Assembly (NCBI GenBank): GCA_028826165.1
Contig: JAPDFW010000007.1
Coordinates: 34,668 to 98,667 of the forward strand
Length of the DNA: 64,000 nt
Direction of reading: 5' to 3'
From: Anaeramoeba ignava BMAN
Lineage: Eukaryota; Protista; Anaeramoebae
Both the position numbers and the translations under genes were made by a program. The notes beneath the pieces were generated by a model that did not search any database, had not been told where the DNA came from, and was given only the letters and a program-made list of their open reading frames with translations. Each line of letters opens with the position of its first letter. The first letter of the stretch is position 1. This document shows positions 12,716 to 27,685 of this stretch, piece by piece.

Positions 12716-15700
12716 ATGGATTTTCTTTTAAAAGAAGATATTAAATCAATTCTTGAATTAACTTATGAAATTGGATTTAAAAATTATTTAAATAAAGAAT
12801 TAATAAAAAAAGAAAAAAATAAAGCAAAATTAAGTATTGAAATTATAAAAAATTGGATAAATGAAATTTTAAAAAAATCAACACAAAAAAAAGTGGCCAA
12901 TAGTTTATTTGAAGATTTTAAAGTAAACTGTTTATTAAACTTATTTAAAAAAAATTTTATTAATTTATTTAAATTAAAATTAAAAAAGAAAATTGATTTT
13001 TTAATTGAATTCTTATTACAAATTTTTCCAGATTTAGATTTTAAAAAAATTGCTTTAATTTCAGATTTAAAAGAAAAATTAATTTACATTTTAAAAGAAA
13101 TTCAAAATAATTCTTATGATGGATTTTGTTGTTCTGTTGATGATATTTTTAATGTTTTTGATTTTTTTTAAATTTAATTTTTTAAATTAAAAAATTCCAA
13201 TTTATTTTTTTTTGTAGATGAAAAAAGAGCAATTTATCAAATTTTTAGCAAGTTTATTCTTATGGTTTCAAAATAACATCAAAAAACAATATCTTTCAAA
13301 AATCCAAAAAGAATTATCAATAAAAGAACAAAATCGAGATTTAAAATATAAAATTTTAACAATGAAACAAAAAATTCAAGAAAATAAAAGGAAAATTGAT
13401 GATTATCAAAAATTACAAGAATATAAACATTTCCAAGAGAAAGAATCACAACAAAAATTCATTTTATATCCAGAAAAATTCAATTCTTTAAATCAATTTA
13501 TTCAAACAAGTGAAAAAGTATCACAATCATTGAATCCATTAAAAGAAGATTTACAAGATTTTATGAACTCAATTACAAAATTGCCAAGTTATTCAACATC
13601 ATTATTCAAATTACTTGATGTGAAAATTGATGATGTTCCTGTTGGGAATATCCAAAAAATTCAATTCAAAACAATCACTTCATTTTCTAATTGTCTTCGT
13701 GGAGCTTTTGCTCATTTTAAAATCAATTTTTCAGAAGAAGAGTTTAAGAAATTAATCACAAAAATCAAACTTTTTGAGCAATTTGATCTTGATCCTTATG
13801 GAGTTTATTCTGAAATTGAAGATGTTTTTCCAAAAGAATATGAAAATATTATCCAGTTTAGAAAATCCTCAATTTTCATTCTTTCAATTTGTGATTTGTT
13901 TGTTTTCACTGTTTATTTTAAACAATTATTCACAGAAAAAATTGTGGAAATTCTTCAAGAAAACAAAAATATTTTACAAGGTTAATTTAAATTTAAATTT
14001 AAATTTAAATTTAAGAAGAAGAATTAATTTTGTTTATTAATTAGGAAGTGATGTTGATGATATAACAAGAATGATTTATGGAAATATTGATAATTTCATC
14101 TATTTTTTGAGTGATTTGAGTAAATTAAAGGATATTGTTCAGAATATTATGGAATTTTTAGAAATTCAAGATCATATTAATGTATTCAAATCAAAAAAAA
14201 AATTTGTTTCTTATTCTTATTCTTATTCTTAAAATAATATAAAGAAATCTGAAAAAGTTATTGAAGAATTATTTCGACAAAGTTTATCAAAAACATTATT
14301 TGCAATTTTCAAAAGATTATTTGAAGAAAATCAACAAGAAAAAATTAAGAATGAAGTTGAAAAAAACAAAAAAAAACCAACAAAAATTTTCAAAAAAGAT
14401 TTTGCAGCAGGAAATCAAACTTTACAAAAATATTTAACAGAAGAATCAATTAGATTACTATCAATTTTAACAGATGCAAAATTTTTGTGGAGATGATATT
14501 GAGTCAATAAGTCTTTCATTGTTTAATTTATTTGATTATTTAGGATTATCAATTCCGTTGCTCAAATTCACAATATCACAAACAATAACAAGAATATCTT
14601 CAGTTCAAAATTTATTTGCTTATTCAGATGTTTCATCAAGAATACTTTCAGAATTTTCATTCATTTATGGAGCGCAATATTTGCATTTAACACTTAAACC
14701 AATTATTATTGAAATGATTGAGTTTAATCAAAGTTTTGAAGTTGATCAAAATCTGAATACTGATTTTAAATCAACAAGAAATAATTTGTCATTCTTTTTA
14801 ATGAAAACAATTAAAACAATTCTTGATTCTGAAAAAGATATTCCACCTCAATTTAGGATTATTAATAATTATATTTCAACTGAAATTGAAAAGAAATTCT
14901 CAGGAAAAGGATTAATATCAATTGGAAGATTTATTTTTCATATATTTTTATGTCCTACACTTGTTTCACCTCAAAATTATTCAATTATTAAATGTATTTT
15001 ATTATAAAAAATCAAAATTCCTTTTTAAATCTTTTTGTTTCCATTTATTTAGTTCCACTTAATGAAGATATTTCAAGAGGTTTAGTTTTAATTTCATCAG
15101 CAATTACTCAATTATCAAGAAAGAAAAAATTTGATAAATCAAAAGGATATATGATTTTTTTAAATGAAGAAATTACTTCACATTTTAAGGAATTAGATGA
15201 ATTTTTTATGAAATTATCTGTAAAAATAAATTTATATTTGGAAAAAAGAATATTTATATTAAAATATTGCTTTTTTTGAATTTTTTAAAAGGATATAAAA
15301 ACAATCCAAGAAATTGATCTCCAAAAACAACCAAATATTGATTTTATTGAATTTAAACCAATCAAAATTTATCAACAAAGAAGACTTAATGATACATTAA
15401 TTGATACAAAAAAAGAATCTTTTGAATTTTTCTCAATAATTGAATTTTTCATTTCAAATCAAGATGATAAAAACAAAATTAGTGAAAGTAAATTGCATCA
15501 ATTTGATAAATCATTTAAAGAATTGAAAATATTAGTCGAAGATTTTGGAAACTCAAACAAAATTTTAAGAGAGTTAAATCACAAACTTGTTGAAATTAAA
15601 CAATTAGTTGAAAAAACAACAAATTTAACAAATAAAAATGAAAAAAATGATGAAAAAGAAGAAGAAAAAGAAGAAGAAAATTTAATTTGGAAAAATGTTT

Positions 15701-16041
15701 CAGTTAAAAATACAAAATTTGAAGGATTTGTTCACATTTCAAAAAATGATTCAAAAAGCAAGAAAAAAGGGAAAAAAAGATATTTAATTCTAAAAGAAAA
15801 TGTTCTCGCAATTTTTGAATCTAAACCTGAAGAAAAAAATATTTTCCCTTTAAATGCTATTGAAATTGATGATTCTTTAAAAGTTTCAAGAGCAAAATCT
15901 ACAAATTCCACTTTTTCACTTTCTTCTTCAAAATTAGGAAATGAAAAGGATTTCTTCATCATTTGCGAAACTAGACAAGATTTTTTGAATTGGTTTTCAT
16001 TAATTCGAGAATCAAAACAAATTGTTTTAGAAAATAATTAA
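12716..16041 (+). CDS. Calponin-homology + coiled coil + RasGAP-like + PH domain protein
   Basis: Exons 12716-12922, 12989-13153, 13218-13980, 14045-14181, 14245-14993 (one +1 indel near 14481), 15053-15219, 15292-16041. CH-like WINEILKK...SVDDIFN...FLASLFLWF; RasGAP-like YGAQYLHLTLKPII...IPPQFR...FIFHIFLCPTLVSP...RGLVLISSAITQLS...YMIFLNEEI; PH FEGFVH...KKRYLILKENVLAIF...DFLNWFSLI. Confidence 0.8.
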
Positions 16042-16088
16042 AAATTGGAAAAATTTTTTTTTCATTTTTCATTTTTTCTATTTTAAAA

Positions 16089-19000
16089 ATGAGTCTTTCT
16101 TTTAATGTTAAAATGTCTAATTTTTCAGGAAGTGGTTTAATTGCTTGTGATCGGTAATTTAAATATAAAATTTATATTTAGATTTGAAATTTAAGATTTT
16201 TTTTTTTTTTTTGAAATGATTTTTCATCAATTTTTTATCAATTTTTTATAAAAGATCTGGCACAAGTGATCCATTTCTTAAAATTACATTTGATAGTACA
16301 AAACATTTTCAAACTGAAGTTATAAAGAAAAGTAAATTGAATTTATGAAAAAAAAATATAAATGAAAAAATTAAATTTTAATTTTAAATTTTTTCAATTA
16401 AAATCAAGCGCTTGAACCTCAATGGAAATTTGAAAATGAATTCACTTATGATACTTATACCCCTGAAAGATTAAATTCCAAATATTTCAAAATTGAATGT
16501 TGGGATTGGAACAAAGTTGAAAAAGCTGAATTAATGGGATCTTTTTCAATGAATTTATGGAATATTGCAACTGGTCCAAAACATATTGATCATTTATTAA
16601 GATTAAGAGGAAAACCTGCAGGAAGAATTAGTTTAGATATTGAAATGATTCAAAAATCTGATGTTATTATGAATTTTGAGGAAGTGAATGTTTTTGATGT
16701 TTTAGGAAAAAATCAAAATGGTACTTCTGATATTTGTATTGAATATAACTTTTCTACCAAGTATATTTAAAATAAATCAAAATAAATTTAAAATATTTAA
16801 ATATTTAAATAAATATTCAAATAAATATCTAAATAATATTTAAAATAAATATTCAAATTAATATTTAAATAAATATTTAAATAAATATTCAAAATAAATA
16901 TTCAAATAAATATTTAAATAAATATCTAAAATATTTAAATAAATATTCAAATAAATATTTAAATAAATATTTAAAATATTTAAATAAATATTTAAAATAT
17001 TTAAATAAATATTTCAAATAAATATTCAAATAAATATTCAAAATAAATATTCAAATAAATATTCAAATAAATATTCAAATAAATATTCAAATAAATATTT
17101 AAATAAATATTTAAATAAATATCCAAATAAATATTCAAATAAATATTCAAATAATATTTAAATAAATATTCAAAATAAATATTCAAATTAATATTCAAAT
17201 AAATATTCAAATAAATATTCAAATAAATATTCAAATAAATATTCAAATAAATATCCAAATAAATATCCAAATAAATATTCAAATAAATATTTAAATAAAT
17301 ATTTAAATAAATATTCAAATAAATATTCAAATAAATATTCAAAATATTCAAAATAAATATCCAAAATATTTAAATAAATATCCAAATAAATATTCAAATA
17401 AATATTCAAATAAATATTTAAATAAATATTTAAAATAAATATTCAAATTAATATTCAAATAAATATTCAAATAAATATTCAAATAAATATTTAAATAAAT
17501 ATTCAAATTAATATTTAAAATAAATATTTAAAATAAATATCCAAATAAATATTCAAATAAATATCCAAATAAATATTTAAATAAATATTTAAATAAATAT
17601 TCAAATAAATATTCAAATAAATATTCAAATAAATATCTAAATAAATATCCAAAATAAATATTCAAATAAATATCCAAATAAATATTCAAATAAATATTCA
17701 AATAAATATTTAAATAAATATTTAAATAAATATTCAAATAATATTTAAAATATCTAAAATAAATATTTAAATAAATATTCAAAATAAATATTCAAATTAA
17801 TATTTAAATAAATATTTAAATAAATATTCAAAATAAATATTCAAAATAAATATTTAAAATAAATATTAAAATAAATATTCAAATAAATATTTAAATTAAT
17901 ATTTAAATAAATATTTAAATTAATATTTAAATAAATATTCAAATAAATATTTAAAATAAATATCCAAAAATATCCAAATTAATATTCAAAATATTCAAAA
18001 ATATCCAAAATAATATTTAAATAAATATTCAAATAAATATTTAAATAAATATTTAAATAAATATTTAAAATATTCAAATTAATATTTAAATAAAATATCT
18101 AAATTAATATTCAAAATAATATTTAAATAAATATTTAAATAAATATTCAAATAATATTCAAATAAATGTAAATTAATATTCAAATAAATATTTTAAATAA
18201 ATATTTAAAATAAATATCCAAATAAAAATAAATATCCAAATAAATATTTAAATAAATATTCAAATAAATATTTAAATAAATATCAAAATAAATATTTAAA
18301 TAAATATCAAAAATAAATATCCAAATAAATATATAAAAATATTCCAAATTAATATTTAAATAAATATCCAAATAAATATTTAAATAAATATTTAAATAAA
18401 TATTTAAATAAATATTCAAATAAATATTTAAATAAATATTTAAATAAATATTCAAATAAATATTTAAATAAATATTCAAATAAATATTTAAATAAATATT
18501 CAAATAAATATTTAAAATAAATATTTAAATAAATATTTAAATAAATATATTCAAATAAATATTTAAATAAATATTTAAATAAATATTTAAATATTCAAAT
18601 AAATATTTTAAATAAATATTCAAATAAATATTTAAATAAATATTCAAATTTAAATAAATATTCAAATAAATATTTAAATAAATATTCAAATAAATATTTA
18701 AATAAATATTCAAATAAATATTTAAATAAATATTTAAATAAATATCTAAATAAATATTCAAATAAATATTTAAATAAATATTCAAATTAAAAAATATCCA
18801 AAATATTTAAATAAATATTCAAATTAATATTCAAATAAATATTCAAAATATTTAAATAAATATTCAAATAAATATTTAAATAAAATTTTAAAAATATTCA
18901 AAATAAATATTCAAATAAATATTTAAATAAATATTTAAATAAATATTCAAATAAATATTTAAATAAATATTTAAATAAATATTCAAAATATTTAAATAAA

Positions 19001-21276
19001 TATTCAAAATATTTAAATAAATATTCAAATAAATATTTAAATAAATATTCAAATAAATATTTAAATAAATATTCAAATAAATATCCAAATAAATATTTAA
19101 ATAAATATTTAAAATATTTAAATAAATATTCAAATAAATATTTAAATTAATATTCAAATAAATATTTAAATTAATATTCAAATAAATATTTAAATTAATA
19201 TTCAAATAAATATTCAAAATAAATATCTAAAATTAAATATTCAAATAAATATTTAAATAAATATTCAAATAAATATTCAAATAAATATTTAAATAAATAT
19301 TTAAATAAATATTCAAATAAATATTTAAATAAATATCTAAATAAATATTCAAAATAAATATTCAAAATAATATTCAAAATTAATATTCAAATAAATATTC
19401 AAATAAATATCCAAATAAATATCTAAAATAATATTCAAATTAATATTCAAATTAATATTCAAATAAATATTTAAATAAATATCCAAAATAAATATTCAAA
19501 TAAATATTCAAATAAATATCTATTAGTCCTGACCAAAAACAAAAAACTGATACAATTCGAGGTGTTAATCAAGGAACTTGGCAAGATTCTCCTAAATTAT
19601 TTTTTTCTTCTTCTTTAAAAGAATTAATTGATGGAAATCTTTATATTCAACTTCTTCATGATTCTCACCAAAATCCTTCAGTTATAGGAGATTGTGAAGT
19701 AAAAAAAAAACAAAATAATTTTCTTTTTTTTTTAAAAATATTTTTTATTCCACTTTTTCTTTTTAGTATAACTTTAAAATTACTGAATTAAACGAAGAAA
19801 CTGAAGTTGAAATTGAAACAGATTTTTATATGTCAGGAAATATAACAGGAAAACTTAAAGGAAAATTGAAAGTATTAAACATTCCTGAATTTTATCAAAT
19901 GATTGGAGGAAAATCAACTGAATTTGGTGTTTCTGGAGGAGTTCCAATACTTGAATTTTCACATGTTCCTGAAAAGTAAAAAAAACCAAAAAATTTGCTA
20001 GTTCAAAATTATTCTAAAAAAAGGAATTTTGCTTTTTTTTTTTTCAGTTATCCAAAAAAAGGATTAGGAGGTCCACCTAAAGTTGCAAAAACTAGAACCA
20101 GAATGACAAGACCTTCTAATACACAAAATACACAAATAATTGAAAAAGAAATAAATGTTAGTACAATTACAAATGTGAATACAACAAAAATCAATCCAAC
20201 AGCAAATACAGGACAACCTTTCTCAAATTTAAGAACCAAATTTGGATTTTCACAATTTACAACTTCCAATTTTCCAAATCAAAGAATACAACCACAAACA
20301 AATGGACAAATTGGGAATAAAATGGGAAATCCATTATTTAATCCAATGGGATTTGGAGCATTTCCACCAAATCAACCAAATCAATTCAATCAACCAAATC
20401 AATTTAATCAACCAAATCAATTCAATCAACCAAAATCAATTTAATCAACCAAATGAATTTAATCAACAAAATGAATTAAATCAACAAAATGAATCAAATG
20501 ATGATTATGCAAATATTAATGATGATGAATTAGAAAGAGAGTTTCAAATGTATCAACAAGTTGAACAAGAAAATGAGAATGAAACAAATGAAGTAAATCA
20601 AGAAAATGCATTAGACAAAGAATTTGATATGTACCAACCAATTGACCAAGAAAATGTTAATGAATCAAACCAATTTAATTCAAATCCAAATCTAAATCAA
20701 TTTAATTCAAATCCAAATTTAAACCAATTTAATTCAAATCCAAATCTAAATCAATTTAATTCAAATCCAAATCTAAATCAATTTAATTCAAATCAAACTC
20801 AAATTAATTCAAATACAACTGCAAATCAATTTAATTCAAATCCAACTCAAATTAATTCAAATACAACCCAAAATCAATTCAATCCTTTAAACCAATTTAC
20901 TCCTTATAACCAATTTAATCAACAAAAACAAATTAATCCATTTAGTCCATTTAATAATCAAAATCAAACTCAAAATCAAACTCAAACTCAAACTCAAAAT
21001 CAAAATCAAAATCAGAACAAAAATCAAAATCAGAACCAAAATCAATCTGAATGGGGTCAAGTTTTCTTAAATCTAAATCCTAATTTTGGACAACCTAATA
21101 AATTTGATTCACCTCCTAATTTTACACAAACTAATTGGATTCCAGGATTTAATTCACCTTCTTATTCTCAAAACACTTCACAACAATGGATTCAACAACA
21201 AGATCCATTTGGAAGACCATTTTGGAAAAATTCTATAACAGGAGCAATTACTTTTATTAATCCAGGAAAATTTTAA
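16089..21276 (+). CDS. Tandem C2-domain protein with N/Q-rich tail and C-terminal WW-like domain
   Basis: Exons 16089-16153, 16255-16331, 16409-16760, 19527-19698, 19767-19975, 20048-21276 (one extra A near 20433). C2 motifs GLIACDRSGTSDPF...TEVIKKTLEPQW...IECWDWN, then NGTSDICIEY; C-terminus WIQQQDPFGRPFWKNSITGAITFINP. Confidence 0.8.
16761..19526 (+). repeat. Giant satellite intron of the C2 gene (2766 nt), 12-mer (AAATAAATATTY)n
   Basis: GTATAT donor and TAG acceptor; the phase-2 join keeps the frame (FSTN/PDQKQKTD). I saw only one interior G (near 18168). Confidence 0.88.
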
Positions 21277-21915
21277 TAATTTAATTTAAGGATATTTTAA
21301 TAATTTAAAGATATTTTAATAATCTAATTTAAAGATAAATTTAATAATTTTAATAATTTAATTTAAAGATAAATTTAATAATTTAATTTAAAAGATATTT
21401 TAATAATTTAATTTAAGGATATTTTAATAATTTAATAATTTAAGATAATTTTAATAATTTAATAATTTAATAATTTAATAATTTAATAATTTAATTTAAA
21501 GATATTTTTAATAATTTTAATAATTTAATTTAAAGATATTTTAATAATTTAAAAGATAAATTTAATAATTTAATTTAAAGATAAATTTAATAATTTAATT
21601 TAAAGATAAATTTAATAATTTAATTTAAAAGATATTTTAATAATCTAATTTAAGATAATTTTAATAATTTAATAATTTAATAATTTAATTTAAAAGATAA
21701 ATTTAATAATTTTAATAATTTAAAAGATATTTTAATAATTTAAAGATAATTTAATAATTTAAAAGATATTTTAATAATCTAATTTAAGATAATTTTAATA
21801 ATTTAATAATTTAATTTAAAGATAAATTTAATAATTTAATTTAAAAGATATTTTAATAATTTAATTTAAAAGATATTTTAATAATTTAATAATTTAAAGA
21901 TAATTGAATAATTTA
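21277..21915 (+). repeat. Intergenic AT-rich tandem repeat built of TTTAAAGATA(T/A)TTT and AATAATTT units
   Basis: Degenerate units repeat directly after the C2 gene stop codon. Confidence 0.8.
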
Positions 21916-22154
21916 AGGAAAAAAATTTTTTTTTTTTGAATTTTGTTCCACTTTTTTTTTTTAAAAAGAAAAATTAAAAAACATTTTATTTCCTATTTTC
22001 TTTATTTTCTTTTTATTTTTTTTCAAATGACGTCATTTAATTTTTTTAATTTTTTTTTTCATTTTCATTTTTTTCATTTTTTTTCTTTCTGTTCCACTTT
22101 TTGATTATTTTTATTTTTATTTTTATTTTTATTTTTATTTTTTATTTTTTATTA

Positions 22155-23878
22155 ATGAACTCACAATCAACAGTTCTTTTTTGTGGGTTTGAAAGTTCAT
22201 TAAATTTACTTAATTATGAAAAGGAAATACTCAAATCAATAACAACAATTGTACCAGACAACACAATACAAATCACAACAACAAATGAAACAACAAATTT
22301 TCTAACAAGCTCTGGAAAAGCAATAATTTATAAACCAGGAGAAAAAAGCAAAAAAATCAAATCTCAAAAAATTAAGAAAATTTCTTCTGGCAGAAATTCA
22401 TTCATTTTGTTAAATAAAAACGGAGAAGTTTATAGTTATGGAGAAAACAATTTCGGCGAATGCGCATGTGGAGAAGGTGCAGTAAAGACGCCAAGCTTGA
22501 TCAGCTATTTTGCAATGAGGAAAATAAAGATAGTTGAGGTTGTGTCTGGGGAATTTCAAACATACTTTTTGAGTGAAGATGACGAACTTTTTACTTGCGG
22601 TTTGAACAGGTTTGGACAGTTGGGATTGGGACATCAAATCAAGCAATCGTCTCCTCGTTTTTGTGCGAAAAATGTCACTCGAGTATTTAGTGGGAATTTT
22701 GCGGAACATTTTTATTTTATCAACGAAAAAAACGAGTTGTTTTCAAGCGGAAAAAATAATTGTGGACAATTAGGAATAGGAAGTAAAACCCATACGAGTA
22801 AGTATACCAAAGTGTGCGATATGAGCGGAAGAAACATTGTCAAGATATGCTGCGGGGGAACGCACACTTTGCTTTATTTGGAGGAAAATGGAGTCGATGA
22901 ACTTTATTCATGTGGAAACTCGAATTACAACGGACTGGGTCTTTCAGAAGACACAACCGAATTTCAGTTAGTCAAGTGGATTGCAAATAAGGGCATCTCA
23001 AATATTGCTGTTGGAGACTCGCACTCGGTGGTTCTCACAAAGACAAACGAGTTGTATTCTTTTGGATCTAATTTGCAAGGACAGTTGGGTCAAAACACTT
23101 GTATTTCTGTCAAAATTCCCTTTGCAATGGACACTCAACATTTTCCTGGAATCCATTTCTTGCAGTTCTGCAGAATTTATTGCGGAGAAACTTCTACTTT
23201 CATCTATTCAAGTTCATTTGACTGTCTTTTGGAAGATATGCATCTTCTTTGGAAACGTTCAGAATTTGTTGATATTAATTTCCTCTGTTTGGATGGTTCT
23301 GTTTCAATACACAAGCTTGTTTTGCGAGCAAGAATGAGTTTTCTGTCTAAAAATCAACTTGATTTATTTGTGATCAAAATTTCGAATTTTTTCAAAAAAC
23401 AAAGAAAACATCTTATGTTGAGAATTTTGCCCGATTTCTTTATACAGGTTTTTTATCCGATCCAAAAATTCTTTTGGAAATTATCCATTTATTTGATTCC
23501 TCTTTTGTCTGGCATTTCAAATATGGAAAGCAAGGTTTATTGCAGGATCTAATGCAGCTTTATTATGACGAAGATTCCAAGGATTTTATTATTCTCTCAA
23601 ATAACGAGTCTATCAGGGTTCATAAACTTATTTTGGTTGCAAGAAGTGATTTATATCGTGGAATGTTTTTGAATGTTAATGATCCTAATAATAGAGTTAC
23701 TGATACAAGTAATTCTTCTTCTTTATCGTTGAAGATGCTTATCAAATATTTTTATTTTGATTCTCTTGATAATGATATTTCTTCAGATTCTATTCAAGAG
23801 CTTCAAGAATTGAAAGAATTTTATCTTTTAAATCCAAGAACAAATTTTTTTGAACAAGAATCTTTTAATATTTTTTGA
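22155..23878 (+). CDS. RCC1-repeat + BTB + BTB protein, intronless, one frameshift near 23385-23410
   Basis: RCC1 repeats (YSYGENNFGECACG, FTCGLNRFGQLGLG, SGKNNCGQLGIG, SFGSNLQGQLG); BTB1 EFVDINF...IHKLVLRAR continues in the -1 frame as ENFARFLYTG; BTB2 KDFII...VHKLILVARSDLYRGMF. Confidence 0.85.
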
Positions 23879-24051
23879 TATTTTTTTAAAAAAAAAACAA
23901 TTTGCAAAAAGGAGAACAATTTAATTAATTTATTAATTAATTTAAGGATTTTAAAGAATTTTATCTTTTAAATCTAATAATAAAAATAAAAATTTTTTTC
24001 AATATTTTTTCAAAATCATTTTTTTCATTTTTTTTAATTTCTTTTTAAATT

Positions 24052-27000
24052 ATGGAATTAAATGAATTAATTCAAAATATTTCAAATAATAATTTTTCAG
24101 CAATTAAAACATTACTTGAAAATAATTCAAATCAATTTATAGAATTTATAGAAAATATTTTTTTAAATTATTCAGAAAGTAAAAAAGCAAGCAAAACAAA
24201 AATACAAATTAATAAATTTATATTAATTTATTTAAATAATTTTTATATTAATTTATTTAACAAACAATTTAAAAGGAATTGTTCAAATTCAACAATTTTT
24301 TATTGAGACAATTAATATTGAAAAAGAAGATAAAATAGAAATTGAAAATGAAAATGAAAATGAAATTAAAATCAAAATAGAAAATCAAATCATTTTACAT
24401 TTAAATAAATTAATGGAATTAACCTTAAAATTCATTTCAGAAAAAATGTAAAAATTTAAAAAAAATTGAAATGATTTAAATTAAAAATTAAAATAATTTA
24501 AATTTAATTTAGAAATTCAACTCAAATTTTTCAAATATGGGAAAATCACTTGAAAATACAAAAACTAATCCTCAAACGATTAAACAAATCAACAACAAAA
24601 GTTACAATACAAATAATCCGTGTTTTAATGAATCTTATTCTTTTATATTCACCTCCAAACACAAAATACTTAACTTATATACAAAACGACTTTCCTGAAA
24701 AACAAGCTAATATTCTCGATCAAAAAACAAATCACAAAAATTTTAACGTCAACAAAATATCACCTTCACATCCCTTTTTAAACAGAATCCTTTTGCTTGA
24801 ACAAGCAAACAATCTTTTAAAAGAATTATTTATTCGATTGAATTCAACCACAATGTAAATAAAAAAAGAAAGAAAAAAAAGAAAGAAAAAACAACCATTT
24901 GCACAAAAAAAAATATTCACTTCCTTTTTTACATAAACAAAAACTACGGCTTGATGGGGACAGATCACACACAGAAAGCATTGTGCTTGTCAACTCGTTA
25001 TTTTGCATTTTGGAAAAAAGAGACGTTTATTGTTCATCAATTATTCAGCAATTGATCAATTTCCAAGTGATGATTTCTGAACGAAATTTCCAGCATCTCC
25101 AAAGCACATTTTCAAGAAAGAATATCCTGAATTTGATCAAGAGCGTGTTTTTGAGGATTCTTGGTCACAAATCATCATATATTATTCCCTGGCGATCGAA
25201 GTTATTTGAAAAATTAATAAAATTAAAAGCGAAACAACAAGCGGAGACTATACTGTCAAATCTGGAGCAAGAAATCCCATCAATTTCGCATGACTTTTCT
25301 TCGCTTCATGATAATCTCAAGAAAAGAAAGGTGGAATTTGACTATAAATTCCGCGCAACAAGCACTCTTCAAGAACAAGCAAAACTTTTATCGCAAACTA
25401 AAGCAACAGTTATAATTGATCAACATAAGGAAATATTCACGTCGTTTGCCGAGCAAATTTTCGCGCAACTTTCACCGGAATTGATTGCGAATTTGGTGAT
25501 CCACAATCTGAATAATTTGCCTTCTCAAAACAAACTTGCGAATGATATTGAAAAATCAATGAAAAAATATTCGAAAAATTTTTTGGAAAAACAAAATAAT
25601 CAACCGCTGCAAAAAGCAGATACAATTTACTCAGAAAATCCCTTTGAAGCGTTGAACATCCATTTGTTCAAACGAATTTTGTCTGATCTGAACCGTTTGA
25701 AACAGTTTGGATATGGGGATCTTCACTCGACAATCCTATCCAAGCTTGTGTGCTCGATCCGACAGAACAGCTTCAAATGCTTTGGAGAAGACGAAGAGGA
25801 TGAAGACGACGAGAGCTTGAAGGAAAAGACCGAGAAAAACTCTGAACAGAAAACCGACGGGGAATTAGAAGCGCAAAAAAACGGAAATTTGGAGCAAAAA
25901 CAACCTGAGCAAAAATTGGATGAAAAATTGGATCAAAATTCAAAATCCAAAAAAAGAAACCAAATTTTTCAGTCGCAGTTCAAAAAACGCAACTATTACA
26001 CAACGCTTTTTCTGAACTACATTTTCGACAATTTCCACCAGAAATACAACCTTGCGATCCAGTGGCTTTTTGAGGAATTTGGGATGGAGCAATTTGATTG
26101 CGAAGAGCAAACAATCCTGACCGACATCAACTTTCTTCAAACAGAACAAGAGTGCAAAATTGCGGAAATCAGGAATCCAACATGGAAAATTGCGGAAATG
26201 TCGATATCCGTTTCGGAAATTGCAAACACAAGCCGGTACAACTTTGTTCTTCTGTCTATTCTCCAAGAAATGCTGATGAAACTCACACCTTTTGATCGGA
26301 TATTCACGCAATTTTTCCTGGATATCCCGTTTATCACCGACCAAGCCTTTGATTTTATAATGAAATATTTCCAGGAAAACAGCACCATTGATTTTGGATT
26401 GGACATCCTGAAAAATCTGCTGTTTTATCGGTATCCATACCAACAACGCTGCCTGGAAATTCTTCTCAAGCTCTCGACAAGCACGAGTTCTGACATCCGA
26501 TTTCGCGCCATCAATTTGATTGTGAACACATTGTATTCAAATAATAATTTCTCGGGGAAAATCAACGCATTTGCAACCGAGTCTGTGGGGACTCTACTCG
26601 ATATGGAGCCATCCAAAGCAACGCCCGAATATACAAAATCCAAGATGGATCTTTTCCTCGCAATCTGCGGGAAGGACTTCGGCTTGCTTTTCAAGCTTGT
26701 CGAGCTATTCACAACATCCCCGACATTCATACGAAGCATCATATACAAAAACGCGCAGAATTTGATACGAAGAATAATGAATTTCCACAAGCAACAGCAG
26801 CAAAAACAAACAGCAGAATCCCGGAACGATGATCCGGAGCAAACCCCCAACCAGGATGCAGTCCCGCAACCTCAGCAATCCCAACAGGATGGGCTGCAAA
26901 GTGTTTCCGACGACGAAGAACCCGCGCAAATTATCCAAATTATCCAGGATTGCTCCAAATCATCCTTCAAATTAATTTTCAAATTTTTATACGCGCTCTC

Positions 27001-27685
27001 CGAAAATCGGAAAATGAGCGCAAGACTCACAAAAGTGGTCCGAAATAACTATTCCAAATTCAAAGATCCGCATTTTTTGATTCCGATTTTAAATGATTTA
27101 ACAAAAGAAGAATTTCTTCGCGAACTAAACAACTTCATCTCGCTTGATCTCAACTCCCTGAAGCTTGGGATCCAGCGCTTGATCACCGTTCAACCCTCTC
27201 CGCTGAGTCCTGTGGAGCTTCTTATCGCGCTCCACAGTCTCGAGGTCAACCAAACAAGCGTGGAGAAAATCAAAGAGGTGATCCGCAAATGTCTTGAAAA
27301 CAAAATCATTTTCACCCAAAGCGTTTTTTCAAGAGCAATCCAACAGCTTGTCGACATCAATCCTGTTCCCCGTCTTTTCATGGTCACCCTTATTTTCGCA
27401 CAAAAGGCTTATCCTAAAATGGCAGAGTTTGTTTCAAAAGATATTCTCACTCGTCTCATTCTCAAAAATGTTTGGGAAGACTCGGAGTTGTGGAAGGGCT
27501 TTAGGATTTGTCTCAATATGATAGGTGGTCATCATGCTTCAAGTGTTTTACTTCAATTACCCAAATCCCAACTTTCTGATATTTTGAAAATTTATCCTGA
27601 TTTGAAGCAACCTTTACTTGATTTTATAACTTCCACTGATGCTTTTATTCCTCGTGAGATTCGCGAAGTTATAAAATTTATTTAA
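24052..27685 (+). CDS. SYMPK: Symplekin (3'-end processing scaffold), about 1120 aa
   Basis: Exons 24052-24178, 24276-24447, 24513-24854, 24964-27685 with consistent phases. Symplekin_C-type sequence PLSPVELLIALH...FTQSVFSRAIQQLVDINPVPRLFMVT...VWEDSELWKGF; HPFLN motif in the N-terminal part. Confidence 0.85.

Noticed and set aside
25437-27521. Antisense and alternative-frame ORFs within symplekin (and similar ones in the RCC1 genes, CHD and MLH1)
   Set aside because: They are short shadow ORFs in the more GC-rich exon centres with no recognisable motifs.
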